This document shows, piece after piece, positions 14,459 through 28,610 of a stretch of 64,000 bases of DNA (position 1 is the stretch's first letter; every line of letters begins with the position of its first letter). Under the pieces are notes generated by a model that saw nothing but the letters and a program-made list of their open reading frames with translations, made no database searches and was not told where the DNA came from. Where the stretch lies: contig NC_092672.1 of NCBI RefSeq assembly GCF_964355755.1, forward strand, positions 12,462,001-12,526,000, read 5' to 3'. The position numbers and the translations under genes were made by a program. The stretch is from Antedon mediterranea. Lineage: Eukaryota; Animalia; Echinodermata.

Positions 14459-15873
14459 TTTATTTATTCTTTCCTTAGCACTATTTTGTCCGTGAATTAT
14501 CTTGATATCAGTTTCATCTATCTAAGTCAATTTTTCAGAGTATATTCCTTATGGCCAGGAATCGATGTGGTTATATTTTCACGATGCGTAATCAAAAATT
14601 ACGCGGTCTACGCGCGATTTTACGAAATCACGTTTGTAATCATATCTTCACAAGCATGAATCACAATTAAACAAAATTTGGTACTCATAAATTTCAGGTC
14701 ATATTTCATCATATGGCAATACAATTACGTGCGTAGCGCATATAACGCTTGCGTACGCGCGCTTAAAATGTTCAAAATTGTCAAAATTTATTTTCGATGA
14801 AATTAGAGTACGTTTCAGGCAATTTTAAGCGTTTAAAAAATTGCCATGAGTGCGCAGATTTTTGCACGCGCACTGCGCGTTATACGTTAATGCGCACTCT
14901 TTTTGTCCGATTTCGGTTGTACAACCTTTCTTTAATAATATCATCATATTTTATTCACTTTTCAACGCGTAATTGCCTTATACGAGCACGTCAAAAGTGA
15001 CAGGCTACGCACGTGTAAGTTAACAAAATGGTGAAAATATGCTAAATTTTAAAATTAATATAGATCGTCAGAATGCTCGGGAACACATATTTTTTATTTC
15101 ATTTTCTTGAAGTGTATGTATCTTATGTATGATTTATTATTAAACTAAGGGAACAAAAGTTGATTAAGCCATAATTAATTGCATATTAAATTAAAAAAAA
15201 TTCATTTCGACAATCAAACAAATTATGACATTTTCTTAGGCCAAAATAACAAACTTAACATTAACTTTCTTCCTTCAAAAGTTTATATATTAAAGTTAAA
15301 AGTATATAGTTTGACAGTGCATCCTTTTTGTACATTTTTAGAGATGTCATCATAGTAAAAAATTATAATTCATTGCGGTATGTAATAATCTATCTGCACC
15401 AAAGTGGTTACTGCATAGTAAATACACGGAGGAATTTTTCTACAATTTTTAGTCAGCTGTGTATGGCTCGGTGGTGTGTGCTCGTGTCTATGGCACTCAA
15501 GGTACCGAGATCGAGTCTCACCTTGGGAAACGAAATAAGATTTTTTTTTTATTATCCGTATTGTTTGTTCAAATTTATTTCTTAGTGTATATATTATACA
15601 CATGATTTGTAATGAAATCTAGATAAAAAATAACTTATGTCTTTATTATTATGTAACAGCAAATGTGGTTTATGACATTATACGCAGAGGGATCTTTGAT
15701 CGGATTGTGATACCGGCTATTGTATTCGCGTTAGCAAGGTCCTATCATATATTATAAATAATTAAAGAATCTGAGAAAATCAATGAATCAAAATATCTTT
15801 TAAAAATCAATTATCTTTATTTAAATCAATGCATATAACCTATAATTCGTCATAGTGACGAATTAAATCTAGT

Positions 15874-15916
<43 letters not shown>

Positions 15917-18900
15917 TTCTTTCCTTAGCACTATTTGTCCGTGAATTATCTTGGCATCAGTTTCATCTATCTAAGTCAATTTTTCAGAGTATATTCCTTA
16001 TGGCCAGGAATCGATGTGGTTATGTTTTCACGATGCGCAATCAAAAATTACGCGGTCTACGCGCGATTTAACGAAATCACGTTTGTAATCATATCTTCAC
16101 AAACATGAATCACTTTTAAACAAAATTTGGTACTCATAAATTTCAGGTCATATTTCATCATATGGCAATACAATTACGTGCGTAGCGCATATAACGCATG
16201 CGTACGCGCGCTTAAAATGTTGAAAATTTTCAGAATTTATTTTCGATGAAATTAGAGTACGTTTCAGGCAATTTTAAGCGTTTAAAAAATTGCCATGAGT
16301 GCGCATATTTTTGCACGCGCACTGCGCGTCAAACGTTAATGCGCACTGTTTGTGTCCGATTACTGTTGTATAACCTTTCTTTAATAATATCATCATATTT
16401 TATTCACTTTTCAACGCGAAACAGCGTTATACGAGCACGTCAAAAGTGACGGGCTACGCACGTGTAAGTTAACAAAATGGTGAAAATATGCTAAATTTTA
16501 AAATTAATATATATCGTTAGAATGCTCGGGAACACCTATTTTTTATTTAATTTTCTTGAAGTGTATGTATCATATGTATGATTTATTATGAAATTAGAAG
16601 AACAAAAGTTGATTAAGTCATCATTAATGGCATATTAAATTTAACAAAATTAATTTCGACAATCAAACAAATTATAACATTTTCTTAGGCCAAAATAACA
16701 AACTTAACGTTAACTTTCTTCCTTAAGAAGTTCATATATTAAAGTTAAAAGTATATAGTTTGACAGTGCATCATTTTTTTAAATTTTTAAAGATGTCATC
16801 ATAGTAAAACATTATAATTCATTGCGGTATGTAATAATCTATCTGCACCAAAGTGGTTACTGCATAGTAAATACACGGTGGAATTTTTCTCCAACTTTTA
16901 GTCAGTTGTGTATGGCTCGATGGTCTGTGCTCGTGTCAATGGCATTCAAGGTACCGAGTTCAAGTCTCACCTTGGGAAACGAAATAAGATTTTTTTTTTA
17001 TTATCCGTATTGTTCAAATTTATTTCTTAGTGTATAGATTATACACATGATTTATAATGAAATCTAGATAAAAAGTTACTTTATGTCTTTATTATTATGT
17101 AACAACAAATGCGGTTTATGACATTATACGCAGAGGGATCTTTGATCGGATTGTGATACCGGCTATGGTGTTCGCGTTAGCAAGGTCCTATCATATATTA
17201 TAAATAATTAAAGATTCTGAGAAAATCAATCAATCAATATATCTTTTAAAAATCAATTATCTTTATTTAAATCAATGCATATAACCTATAATTCGTCATA
17301 GTGACGAATTAAATCTAGTTTATTTATTCTTTCCTTAGCACTATTTTGTCCGTGAATTATCTTGATATCAGTTTCATCTATCTAAGTCAATTTTTCAGAG
17401 TATATTCCTTATGGCCAGGAATCGATGTGGTTATATTTTCACGATGCGTAATCAAAAATTACGCGGTCTACGCGCGATTTTACGAAATCACGTTTGTAAT
17501 CATATCTTCACAAGCATGAATCACAATTAAACAAAATTTGGTACTCATAAATTTCAGGTCATATTTCATCATATGGCAATACAATTACGTGCGTAGCGCA
17601 TATAACGCTTGCGTACGCGCGCTTAAAATGTTCAAAATTGTCAAAATTTATTTTCGATGAAATTAGAGTACGTTTCAGGCAATTTTAAGCGTTTAAAAAA
17701 TTGCCATGAGTGCGCAGATTTTTGCACGCGCACTGCGCGTTATACGTTAATGCGCACTCTTTTTGTCCGATTTCGGTTGTACAACCTTTCTTTAATAATA
17801 TCATCATATTTTATTCACTTTTCAACGCGTAATTGCCTTATACGAGCACGTCAAAAGTGACAGGCTACGCACGTGTAAGTTAACAAAATGGTGAAAATAT
17901 GCTAAATTTTAAAATTAATATAGATCGTCAGAATGCTCGGGAACACATATTTTTTATTTAATTTTCTTGAAGTGTATGTATCTTATGTATGATTTATTAT
18001 TAAACTAAGGGAACAAAAGTTGATTAAGCCATAATTAATTGCATATTAAATTAAAAAAAAATCATTTCGACAATCAAACAAATTATGACATTTTCTTAGG
18101 CCAAAATAACAAACTTAACATTAACTTTCTTCCTTCAAAAGTTCATATATTAAAGTTAAAAGTATATAGTTTGACAGTGCATCATTTTTGTACATTTTTA
18201 GAGATGTCATCATAGTAAAAAATTATAATTCATTGCGGTATGTAATAATCTATCTGCACCAAAGTGGTTACTGCATAGTAAATACACGGAGGAATTTTTC
18301 TACAATTTTTAGTCAGTTGTGTATGGCTCGGTGGTGTGTGCTCGTGTCTATGGCACTGAAGGTACCGAGATCGAGTCTCACCTTGGGAAACGAAATAAAT
18401 TTTTTTTTTTATTATCCGTATTGTTTGTTCAAATTTATTTCTTAGTGTATATATTATACACATGATTTATAATGAAATCTAGATAAAAAATAACTTATGT
18501 CTTTATTATTATGTAACAGCAAATGTGGTTTATGACATTATACGCAGAGGGATCTTTGATCGGATTGTGATACCGGCTATTGTATTCGCGTTAGCAAGGT
18601 CCTATCATATATTATATATTATTTAAAGAATCTGAGAAAATCAATGAATCAAATTATCTTTTAAAAATAAATTATCTTTATTTTAATTATCAATGCATAT
18701 AACCTATAATTCGTCATAGTGACGAATTAAATCTAGTTTATTTATTCTTTCCTTAGCACTATTTTGTCCGTGCATTATCTTGGCATCAGTTTCATCTAGC
18801 TAAGTCAAGTTTTCAGAGTATATTCCTTATGGCCAGGAATCGATGTGGTTATATTTTCACGATGCGTAATCAAAAATTACGCGGTCTACGCGCGATTTTA

Positions 18901-20019
18901 CGAAATCACGTTTGTAATCATATCTTCACAAGCATGAATCACAATTAAACAAAATTTGGTACTCATAAATTTCAGGTCATATTTCATCATATGGCAATAC
19001 AATTACGTGCGTAGCGCATATAACGCTTGCGTACGCGCGCTTAAAATGTTCAAAATTGTTAACATTTATTTTCGATGAAATTAGAGTACGTTTCAGGCAA
19101 TTTTAAGCGTTTAAAAAATTGCCATGAGTGCGCAAATTTTTTCACGCGCACTGCGCGTTAAACGTTAATGCGCATTCTTTTTGCCCGATTTCTGTTTTAC
19201 AATCTTTCTTTAATAATATCATCATATTTGATTCAGGTTTCAACTCGGAATTGCGTTATACGAGCACGTCAAAAGTGATTGGCTACGCACGTATAAGTTA
19301 ACAAAATGGTGAAAATATGCTAAATTTTAAAATTAATATATATCGTCAGAATGCAGGGGAAAACCTATTTTTTATTTCATTTTCTTGAAGTGTATGTATC
19401 ATATGTATGATTTATTATCAAATTAAGAGAACCAAAGTTGATTAAGTCATCATTAATTGCATATTAAATTTAAAAAAAATAATTTCGACAATCAAACAAA
19501 TTATGACATTTTCTTAGGCCAAAATAACAAACTTAACATTAACTTTCTTCCTTCAAAAGTTCATATATTAAAGTTAAAAGTATGTAGTTTGACAGTGCAT
19601 CATTTGTTTACATTTTAAAGATGTCATCATAGTAAAAAATTATAATTCATTTCGGTATGTAATAATCTATTTGCATCAAAGTGGTTACTGCATAGTAAAT
19701 ACACGGAGGAATCTTTCTACAACTTTTAGTCAGTTGTGTACGGCTCGATGGTCTGTGCTCGTGTCTGTGGCATTCAAGGTACCGAGATCGAGTCTCACCT
19801 TGGGAAACGAAATAAGATTTCTTTTTTTATTATCCGTATTGTTTGTTCAAATTTATTTCTTAGTGTATAGATTATACACATGATTTATAATGAAATCTAG
19901 ATAAAAATTAACTTATGTCTTTATTATTATGTAACAACAAATGTGGTTTATGACATTATACGCATATGGATCTTTGATCGGATTGTGATACCGGCTATGG
20001 TGTTCGCGTTAGCAAGGTC
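14459..20019 (+). mobile_element. Four tandem headless bodies of HINE family D (~1415 bp; the last is 3'-truncated at 20019)
   Basis: Units end in ATGCATATAACCT-ATAATTCGTC-atagt-GACGAATTA-aat-CTAG at 15872, 17318 and 18736. Units start with (TTTA)nTTCTTTCC, and there is an expanded (TTTA)n at 15873-15917. Confidence 0.8.
15457..15550 (+). promoter_or_regulatory. tRNA-like cassette in HINE family D (repeated in every D copy)
   Basis: A-box TGGCTCGGTGG (15464), degenerate B-box/T-arm GAG-ATCGAGT-CTC at the same 44-nt spacing, then an oligo-T run at 15541. Confidence 0.5.
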
Positions 20020-21789
20020 GTTTTCAAAATTACGTTGTATAAGTTGCGATGTGAAAAACTGTTATTTGATCGTTAGTTGTCGTGTACTTATAGACCACCT
20101 ACTGTAAGTGAATTACTATTAATTATTATTAATCAGATGTCTTGTAAATTTTGGACTGAACAAAAGATGCATGTTTCGAATTCATTCATAATTCATATCT
20201 CTGTTTCTTTGCAAGTACAGATCGTTTCTCATTCGAAATGCCACTGAAGATGTTGTCATTTGCTCCCCAGTGTTTTCTTTAACTACATATTTTTCCACTA
20301 TATTGCTTCTTCTGTCTTAAAATATTTTTTTAATGATGGCAAAGTAATAGTAGGCCCCTACTAGATTTAATGCTCCATCTGCATTCAAAGTTTCGATTCC
20401 ATTTCCTGAAATTGTTTTCCAAGGAAGTTAAATACGGCTTGTTGTAGAAATTTAAATACTGTAATTAAGTACCAATTATCAATTTATTCACCATTTCAAA
20501 TTATTTCAAATTCATAAAGATTTATAACAAATGCTGGTGTGGATGACTTTAAACAAAGCTTGTTTACCGGTCACCGGTAGTGATGGCAAGTTAGAAAATT
20601 ACCCAAACCCTTTGAATACCGTTGATATGTAGTATCTTTAACTGATGGTTCTTCATCCTTGTTGGCACAATATAATGTCCTTTATGCTCGATGAATCTTG
20701 GAAACAGCATTATAATATAAGCCAAAAACGTTGTTGACTTGGTCACCAAACAGGTTAAATTCTGGCAATGAAATAGCAACTTTGATTGCAGATGAAGATG
20801 CTCACTTGTTATACCAAAAACTGCAATATGACATTATTTATTTCATGTGTCATTTCAATTTTGGATGTTTCCATACACGTTTGATCCAATAGACTGGGGT
20901 AATAATGTTTCACAACATTAGGCGCTATATAAATCCACGATATTATTGTATGAAAACTATTAATTTGATATCTAATTATTATACTATAAATTAAACTTAT
21001 ATTTATGTGTGTAGGCCAACATATTACCACTAATTGCAAAGCATATATAGCTTAATGTTTATTGCGTAATAATTGTTTAATGGGCTAGGCCGGCTATGTG
21101 CAGGTGTCCACAGGTTCCCAGGGCACAGAGAACTACATGCACAGCAGGCCTAGGATATGCGCAAAAGCAAAGCAAGTCAGAAATTTATGCGAGGCATCGT
21201 TTTACCATCATCAAAAAATGCGAGGCATCATTTTATCATTTCCCAAAATTTAGGATCGATTATTATTCTTTGAAAACAGAACAGTATCAGCAGTAACATA
21301 TTACAGCATTTTTATTGACAAATTAACTAATATATTGAGATTAAACGTGTTTTCACCAATAAATGCATGAGAAATTGACGCATTCCACTTTGTTTTAGTC
21401 CTCTATTATCATTTTGGCCGTGAAGCTTAATTCTATTTCCTTATTCTGAATTGAAGGCATTATATATAATACTGTAGATGAAAAAACCTCAAAACGAAAC
21501 CTCTACTTCCTCTGGTATCCAGTGTCATTTACTACTATGGCTAATGCTATCATCTTACACTATTGATAATTTTATAAATTACAGTACCTTTTTTTGTAAA
21601 CATTTTGTACTGTACTTTTATAAGTGTTACCCCAAATTTCACAACAATCATTAATATATGGTAATATCAATGCATAAATAAAAGAAATGATACACTACTT
21701 TTTAGCAGTTTTCTCAATTTATATTATTATTATTATACTGATGTCTTTATCAATTGTTGTTTGTATACATTTAACATGTTTGTTTCTTT

Positions 21790-24700
21790 TAGTCCAGGAG
21801 CTTATGTCGAAAAAAAGGCACTTGTAGGCTTTTGATGTTAATTGTCGGCACCAACGTTTTTCTGACTCAGAATTTTTCGCTGAACAAGAAAAACTTTGGT
21901 GCCATTTTTTTCGACCATGGCAAGTGGCCGCCATTTTGATTTTTTGGGATTTTATTTATATTACACAAGCTTGTTGAAAATAAGCACTTTCTTATCAGTG
22001 GGGGGGGGGGGGTAGTTCAAATTACACAGCAAAATCTCTATTCTTTTGTACACAAATGTTGTAAATAGAGAGAATTTTTAAAAAGCTATGAAAAATAAAC
22101 GATGTGGTAAAAAATCTTATCAGATGACTAAATATAGGTGAATAACTAGAATTTTACGTTTATGGTATTTTTATTCAACTTCAGAGTTTTATTTTTATGC
22201 TATAGAAAAATTATCCACTGTATATCCACCATCTTTTTTGTCCTTCTAGGGAGTCATCAGACATGTTATTACATTAGGCTTAAAAAAAGTCTTCCTGGTT
22301 TTTATAGCAGAATTTTTGTCAAGTTTTGTATTTGACTATTTTAAGGGAAATTAACGTTTTTTCATCTAGATTTTTATTACAAATATTTGATTTATGTACT
22401 ATTAACCAGATATTATGTTTAAAATTCATGCCTGTACCTGAGCTTTAACGGATTCTGCCAAAAAAGGAAAGAAAATTATTTCAGCAATGAGACAACGTCA
22501 TGATAAGCATATAGCAATTGTACGATGTTCATACGTTACCGTTATCTTTTAATCATAATTAACCTTAGAACGTACATTTAAGACAAGACATTACCTGGTT
22601 TATTGTTTTTGAAATTATATATATACATTATTTTTACAAAACGACAACAATTGCAGGTTTTGGGGATTTAACATACAAAATGACTATCAGATGTATTGTA
22701 TAAATGAAGCCTATACAGTATGCTACCAAGTATAGTCAGGGCACAGGGTGTTGCAACACCCTTAATTTCATACTAAATGTTTTTTGCCAATAAATTAAAA
22801 TTTAGATCCCATTTCATCATATATAAGAGCCTATATGTAAATTGACAGACCGCAGCGTACAATTGACCAGCAGTCAACAATACCGCGCACATAATATTAT
22901 GTAGATAATTATGTTTGTGAACATGTTCAGAATGAATTTCTGACTGTTTAGTAGAATGCTTGTGCATCATGCGAAGGTACTGTATATCTTCATTTCCCAT
23001 GCCCGTAATATTGGACCAAAATTCCGTAATAATTATGGACGTTCCGAACTTTGAAATAACAGTGTTAAAATTGCTTCTTTCTGCAAATTTCGATTTTTTT
23101 TCTTTTCTGGAGTGTGGTTTAAGTAACACTGTTGTACAGTTTATAGTAGATAAATGAAATTTTTTTTTGGAAATTGTGGTTTTACTGACTTATTTAGCAT
23201 TTATTTCAAAATATTTTTTATCTAACTTGTTTTATCCTATAGTCGCGTAGTGTGTGTTACCGGCGGAAAAAATATGCGGTATACGATCAGTATTGCTGTT
23301 TGCTACTGTAGCCCGATATCGAGTTTCATTTTCGGCGGTGAACTAGAGCTGCCATTTATCGTGAATTTTACGTGCGAGAGTACCATGCTAGGGGTGTCAT
23401 TTAACCATGGGGGCCTGTGGCGCATATGCTCAGTACCGACAGCCCTGGATTCTTGGGCAACCCTATTCAAATGGTCCTGCTACCGCCCCTAATAGTACTT
23501 CAGAACTACCAGTGGATATATAAAATATACCAAGATAATAACATTATCTTTCAATTCAAGATAATAACATTTCCATATCTGACGTGACCATGTCCAAACT
23601 GACATTCAATATTGTGTATTGGGTACACTTAGCTAACCTAGTCAAATTTCAACATCGCTTTCCTCTGAATCAGAGGCGGTAGATGGGTCAGTGTTTTCAC
23701 ATATTAATTTAATTTTGTTAAACTATATCGGGCTACAGTAGCAAACAGCAATACTGATCGTATACCGCATATTTTTTCTGCCGGTAACACACACTACGCG
23801 ACTATGGAATAAAAACAAGGTAGATAAAAAATAATTTTGGAAAAAATGCTAAATAAGTCAATAAAACCACAATTTCCAAAAATAAATTTCATTTATCCCC
23901 TATAAACTGTACAACAGTGTTGCTTAAACCACACTCAAGAAAAGAAAATATCGAAATTTGCAGAAAAAAGCAATTTTATTTTATTTATTTTTTTTATTTC
24001 ACATCCAAACAGCGAAAAATCGCCAATTACAGGATGCCTTAAAACTCTTTAGATATAAATATAGAATTAAAACACATAAAAATACAAAACATGAAACATA
24101 CAAAATGGCAAACTTAAATCGATTTAAGAATTTTAGACCTAAATTTGGACAAAGTGTCAAAAATATCGATAGTTTTATCCTTATAGAAATTGAATTAAAA
24201 AGCTTGGATAATCTTTGAATGAAACCATTTTTGGTTACGTTGACTCGACAACAGGCAATAGAAAATAAGTCGGTGTTGCGAGAGTTTGGTCGACTAATTT
24301 TGAGAGAAAAAAATAATAAAATATTGCATTTAAAAAGGGAGTTGAAGCATTAACACTGTTAAAAACTGTTATTTCAAAGTTGGGAACGTCCATAATTATT
24401 ACGGAATTTTGGCCCAATATTACGGACATGGGAAATGAAGATATACCTTCGCATAATGCACAAGCAATCTAAACAGTCAGAAATTCATTCTGAGCATGTT
24501 CACAAACATAATTATCTACACAGTATATCTGTGCGCGGTATTGTTGACTGCTGGTTAATTGTACGCTGCGGTCTGTCAATTTACATATAACAAGTTTATG
24601 GTTCTCTTATTTGTTTTCATGATGGCCGACCGATACTGGCCGTGCATCCATATCAACATGAAAATATCAATCCTCGCGCACGATGCCTTGTGGGATTTAC

Positions 24701-25358
24701 ATCGGGCCGATTAAATTATTAGAATCAACATATTTTTCACATTTTGAACAGTTTAAAAACGATAAAAGTTATCGAAATAGGATCATTATAGTATTTATTT
24801 GTACATAAAATCTAGTTTGTGACCTTAAATTAGGTCGAAAAAACATAGGTTGTAAGGCTTAACATATCGTTACAGTAATAAACTCACTTATTTTAAACTT
24901 GAAATAAGTTGTTAGCTATATTATTTATAGACAAAATTAAAAATTTCTAGAAAATGGTGTGAAGAATGTAAAAACTATGTGTACAGCTGTACAAAGTATA
25001 AAAAAAGCTTTCCGTCGATACCAAACACAATTCATAAGTGGTCGAAATTTGACATTTGACCTCATTTTGATCACATGATATAATGTAATTGCGATTATCT
25101 TTGTTGCTATCCATTTTGGGGTATGGATGTAATGGCAATAAATGATCAGTATTGTATTCCCTTTCCAATGATACCACACATGATCAGTTTTGTTAAAGTT
25201 AGTCCGCCATCTTGAAAATCAAAATGGCGGCCACTTGCCATGGTCGAAAAAAATGGCACCAAAGTTTTTCTTGTTCAGAGGAAAATTCTGAGTCAGAAAA
25301 ACGTTGGTGCCGACAATTAACATCAAAAGCCTACAAAATGACATTAGCCCCTTTACTA
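21790..25358. mobile_element. Non-autonomous TIR DNA transposon, Academ-like (TAG...CTA termini, 3-bp TSD TTT)
   Basis: ~120-bp near-perfect inverted repeats at ~21822-21943 and ~25213-25336. Flanks are TTT|TAGTCC...TTTACTA|TTT. The paralogous empty site GTTTC-TTT-GCCAATTTTAC is at ~28156-28174. Superfamily assignment rests on termini and TSD length only. Confidence 0.75.
22830..24590. repeat. Long foldback inverted repeat inside the Academ-like element
   Basis: Left arm ~22830-23320 is the reverse complement of ~23726-23970 plus ~24360-24590. The right arm is interrupted by ~390 bp, and the loop is ~400 bp. Confidence 0.85.
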
Positions 25359-25899
25359 TTTACCAATTTTACAATCTATTTCTATTCCGAGAAATGTTTT
25401 GATATAAATACGTTGTTGTTGTATTGAATTAATTCTGTGAAGTCTTTTTGACCAACTCTTTCATTATCATTATGAACAAACAATTTGAATATTGTAGTCA
25501 ACTTATACCATATGACTTGAATGAAAAAAACAATCGTTACATAAAAATAAACAACGTAGCATGGTGAGTGTATACACGAATCTATTTCGATACGCTAGGC
25601 CTATTTTAAAAATATAAATAATTAATTATTAGGCGCAAACACTACTTTTATTCACATTCCTATTATCTCATGTCATTAAATCATATTATTTAACACATTG
25701 TTGTTAATTCCAAATGTCATCAGTAACATTTTTACATTTATGAATTCCGTATTATTTATTTCATGTGTCATTTCAATTTTGGATGTTTCCATACACGTTT
25801 GATCCAATAGACTGAGGTAATAATGTTTCACAACATTAGGCGCTATATAAATCCACGATATTATTGTATGAAAACTATTAATTTGATATCTAATTATTA

Positions 25900-27356
25900 T
25901 CTATATATAAATTTACGTAATGGCAAAATTCAGTAAATCGCGCTTTACTTCTAGAATTTTTACTCGATGGTATATTCATTTGGTTCGTACTTTCGGTACT
26001 GATTTTAACCACCTGGTGTAACCCTGTTTACTAATTAAATTAAGTTAGATAATTAGTTATTGACGATTAAAACGAATTTAGGTTCAACGATTTGCCCCAA
26101 ATAGGGGTGTTTAACGATCGTGGTATACACTGTCTAATGAATGTCCATCTTGAAAAATACCCGCATACAATAATACGAGGATGATTCGCATTTTCCTATC
26201 TCCTCCTACGATAATTGTTTTTAATAGCTGAAAACGGGTTGAACAGCTCGAGTACAGTATCATAATGTTGAAGACAGGCCGATTTTCTTAAAAAAATACT
26301 ATTTTGATAGATTTAATATACGTTTATGCAAATGTATTGATTTGAAATGAATGGAACATTTCAATCTCTGTTCCACAAGTGTCTATTCCCTCAGGCGTCG
26401 TAAAGGCAAGTACTGTATACTCATAACAGAAATTCGATCCATTTTTTTTTTCAATCTGTGCTGCAGAGGTTGGATATAGATTTTTTTTAACGGATAATGA
26501 GCTAGCGTTTTCAGTTGCCGTATATTATGTACAAATCTTTATTATTGCAGTTAAACCACCCACGTGACATCATCACCCTTCCCTCACTGGCATGAGTAGC
26601 GTTGTAAAGCCAGTAGAGGATAGGCCTACGGTGCATCACATGCCCTAAACGCAGAACAACTTTGGTGGGTAGGGTTAGGAACCAACTTAAGTATGAATTG
26701 GCTCTAAGAAACAATTGAAAACCATTAGGCCTACTAATTAAGTTGAGTTAGATAATTTAATATTTATTGACGATTAAATCGAATTTATGATTTGCCACGA
26801 ATAGGGGTGGTTTTCACAAATTGTTTTACATTATATAAACATATTATACACGTCGTAGTGATGTATCGTTATCATGTACTGTACTATTTCAATCGACTAG
26901 GACGGTGATAGTTTCAACAAAGTATTACATCGCAATGTTTTACACTGTGTTTAGTGGTATATTATTTGTAAAACATGAAAACAATTAATATTTCGTTACT
27001 ACATGTATAAAGAATATATTTAAAAATTGTTCCTCTTTGCACCCATCCTCTTTCCCATCCCTCAACCCTAATGTTACATACAAAACACAAATTAAGTTTG
27101 TTTAAATTTGACTTAAACAATTGGTCTCATTTTGTGACAAGTTTCTCTTTCGGAAGTAATTCCCAGGGTGCTAATTTTAGTTCAGTACATAAATCACAGT
27201 GTCTATTTATTCGTTCCCGTAAACGACATGTATTATTGTCTTGCGGTACGTACATTTGAAATCGCCAGTTTTTTAACGCTGAAATTATTATGTATTCGAG
27301 AACCATCTGTGGGCACGACCTAGATGGTACGCGAGCGAAGCGAGCGTACCATCTAG
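25900..27356 (+). mobile_element. Non-autonomous Helitron (canonical TC...CTAG, inserted between A and T, no TSD)
   Basis: Termini are A|TCTATATATAAA ... GATGGTACGCG-agcgaagc-GAGCGTACCATC-TAG|T. The empty site ATTATTA|TACTATAAA is at 20981/20982. Confidence 0.92.
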
Positions 27357-28610
27357 TACTATAAATTAAACTTATATTTATGTGTGTAGGCCTACATATT
27401 ACCACTAATTGCAAAGCATATATAGCTTAATGTTTATTGCGTAATAATTGTTTAATGGGCTAGGCCGGCTATGTGCAGGTGTTCACAGGTCCCCAGGGCA
27501 CAGAGAACTACATGCACAACAGGCCAAGGATATGCGCAAAAGCAAAGCAAGTCAGAAATGTATGCGAGGCATCGTTTTACCATCATCAAAAAATGCGAAG
27601 CATCATTTTATCATTTCCCAAAATTTAGGATCGATTATTATTCTTTGAAAACAGAACAGTATCAGCAGTAACATATTACAGCATTTTTATTGACAAATTA
27701 ACAAATATATTGAGATTAAACGTGTTTTCACCAATAAATGCATGAGAAATTGACGCATTCCACTTTGTTTTAGTCCTCTATTATCATTTTGGCCGTGAAG
27801 CTTAATTCTATTTCCTTATTCTGAATTGAAGGCATTATATATAATACTGTAGATGAAAAAACCTCAAAACGAAACCTCTACTTCCTCTGGTATCCAGTAT
27901 CATTTACTACTATGGCTAATGATATCATCTTACACTATTGATAATTTTAAAAATTACAGTATCTTTTTTTGTAAACATTTTGTACTGTACTTTTATAAGT
28001 GTTACCCCAAATTTCACAACAATCATTAATATATGGTAATATCAATGAATAAATAAAATAAATTATACACTACTTTTTAGCAGTTTTCTCAATTTATATA
28101 TTATTATTATACTGATGTCTTTATCAATTGTTGTTTGTATACATTTAACATGTTTGTTTCTTTGCCAATTTTACAATATATTTCTATTCCGAGAAATTTG
28201 TTGATATAAATACGTTGTTGTTGTATTGAATTAATTCTGTGAAGTCTTTTTGACCAACTCTTTCATTATCATTAGGAACAAACAATTTGAACATTGTAGT
28301 CAACTTATACCATATGACTTGAATGAAAAAAACAATCGTTACATAAAAATAAACAACATAGCATGATGAGTGTATACACGAATCTATTTCGATACGCTAG
28401 GCCTATTTAAAAAATATAAATAATTAATTATTAGGCCTATAATATAGCATAATAGCACGTTAAGAAATGCCTCGCACCTTTTTGAAATTGTAAACTATAT
28501 GCCTCGCACCTTTTGGAAATTGTAAACTACAGTATATGCCCGCATGCCTCACACTTATATTTGGTGTGCCTTGCTGCCTCGCACAATCGAATTGGAACAA
28601 TACAATGAAA

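Noticed and set aside
361-19883. Recurrent 60-95 aa ORFs (MPLVRTFL.., MRDFTRIT.., MKLEYVSG.. and others)
   Set aside because: They recur only because the HINE units repeat. Many have non-ATG starts, stops vary between copies, and none has a recognisable domain such as Rep or helicase.
1-20019. CRISPR-like or integron-cassette-like array (conserved hairpin ends separating long units)
   Set aside because: The context is eukaryotic, the units are homologous non-coding TE bodies rather than unique spacers or ORF cassettes, and no cas or integrase gene is present.
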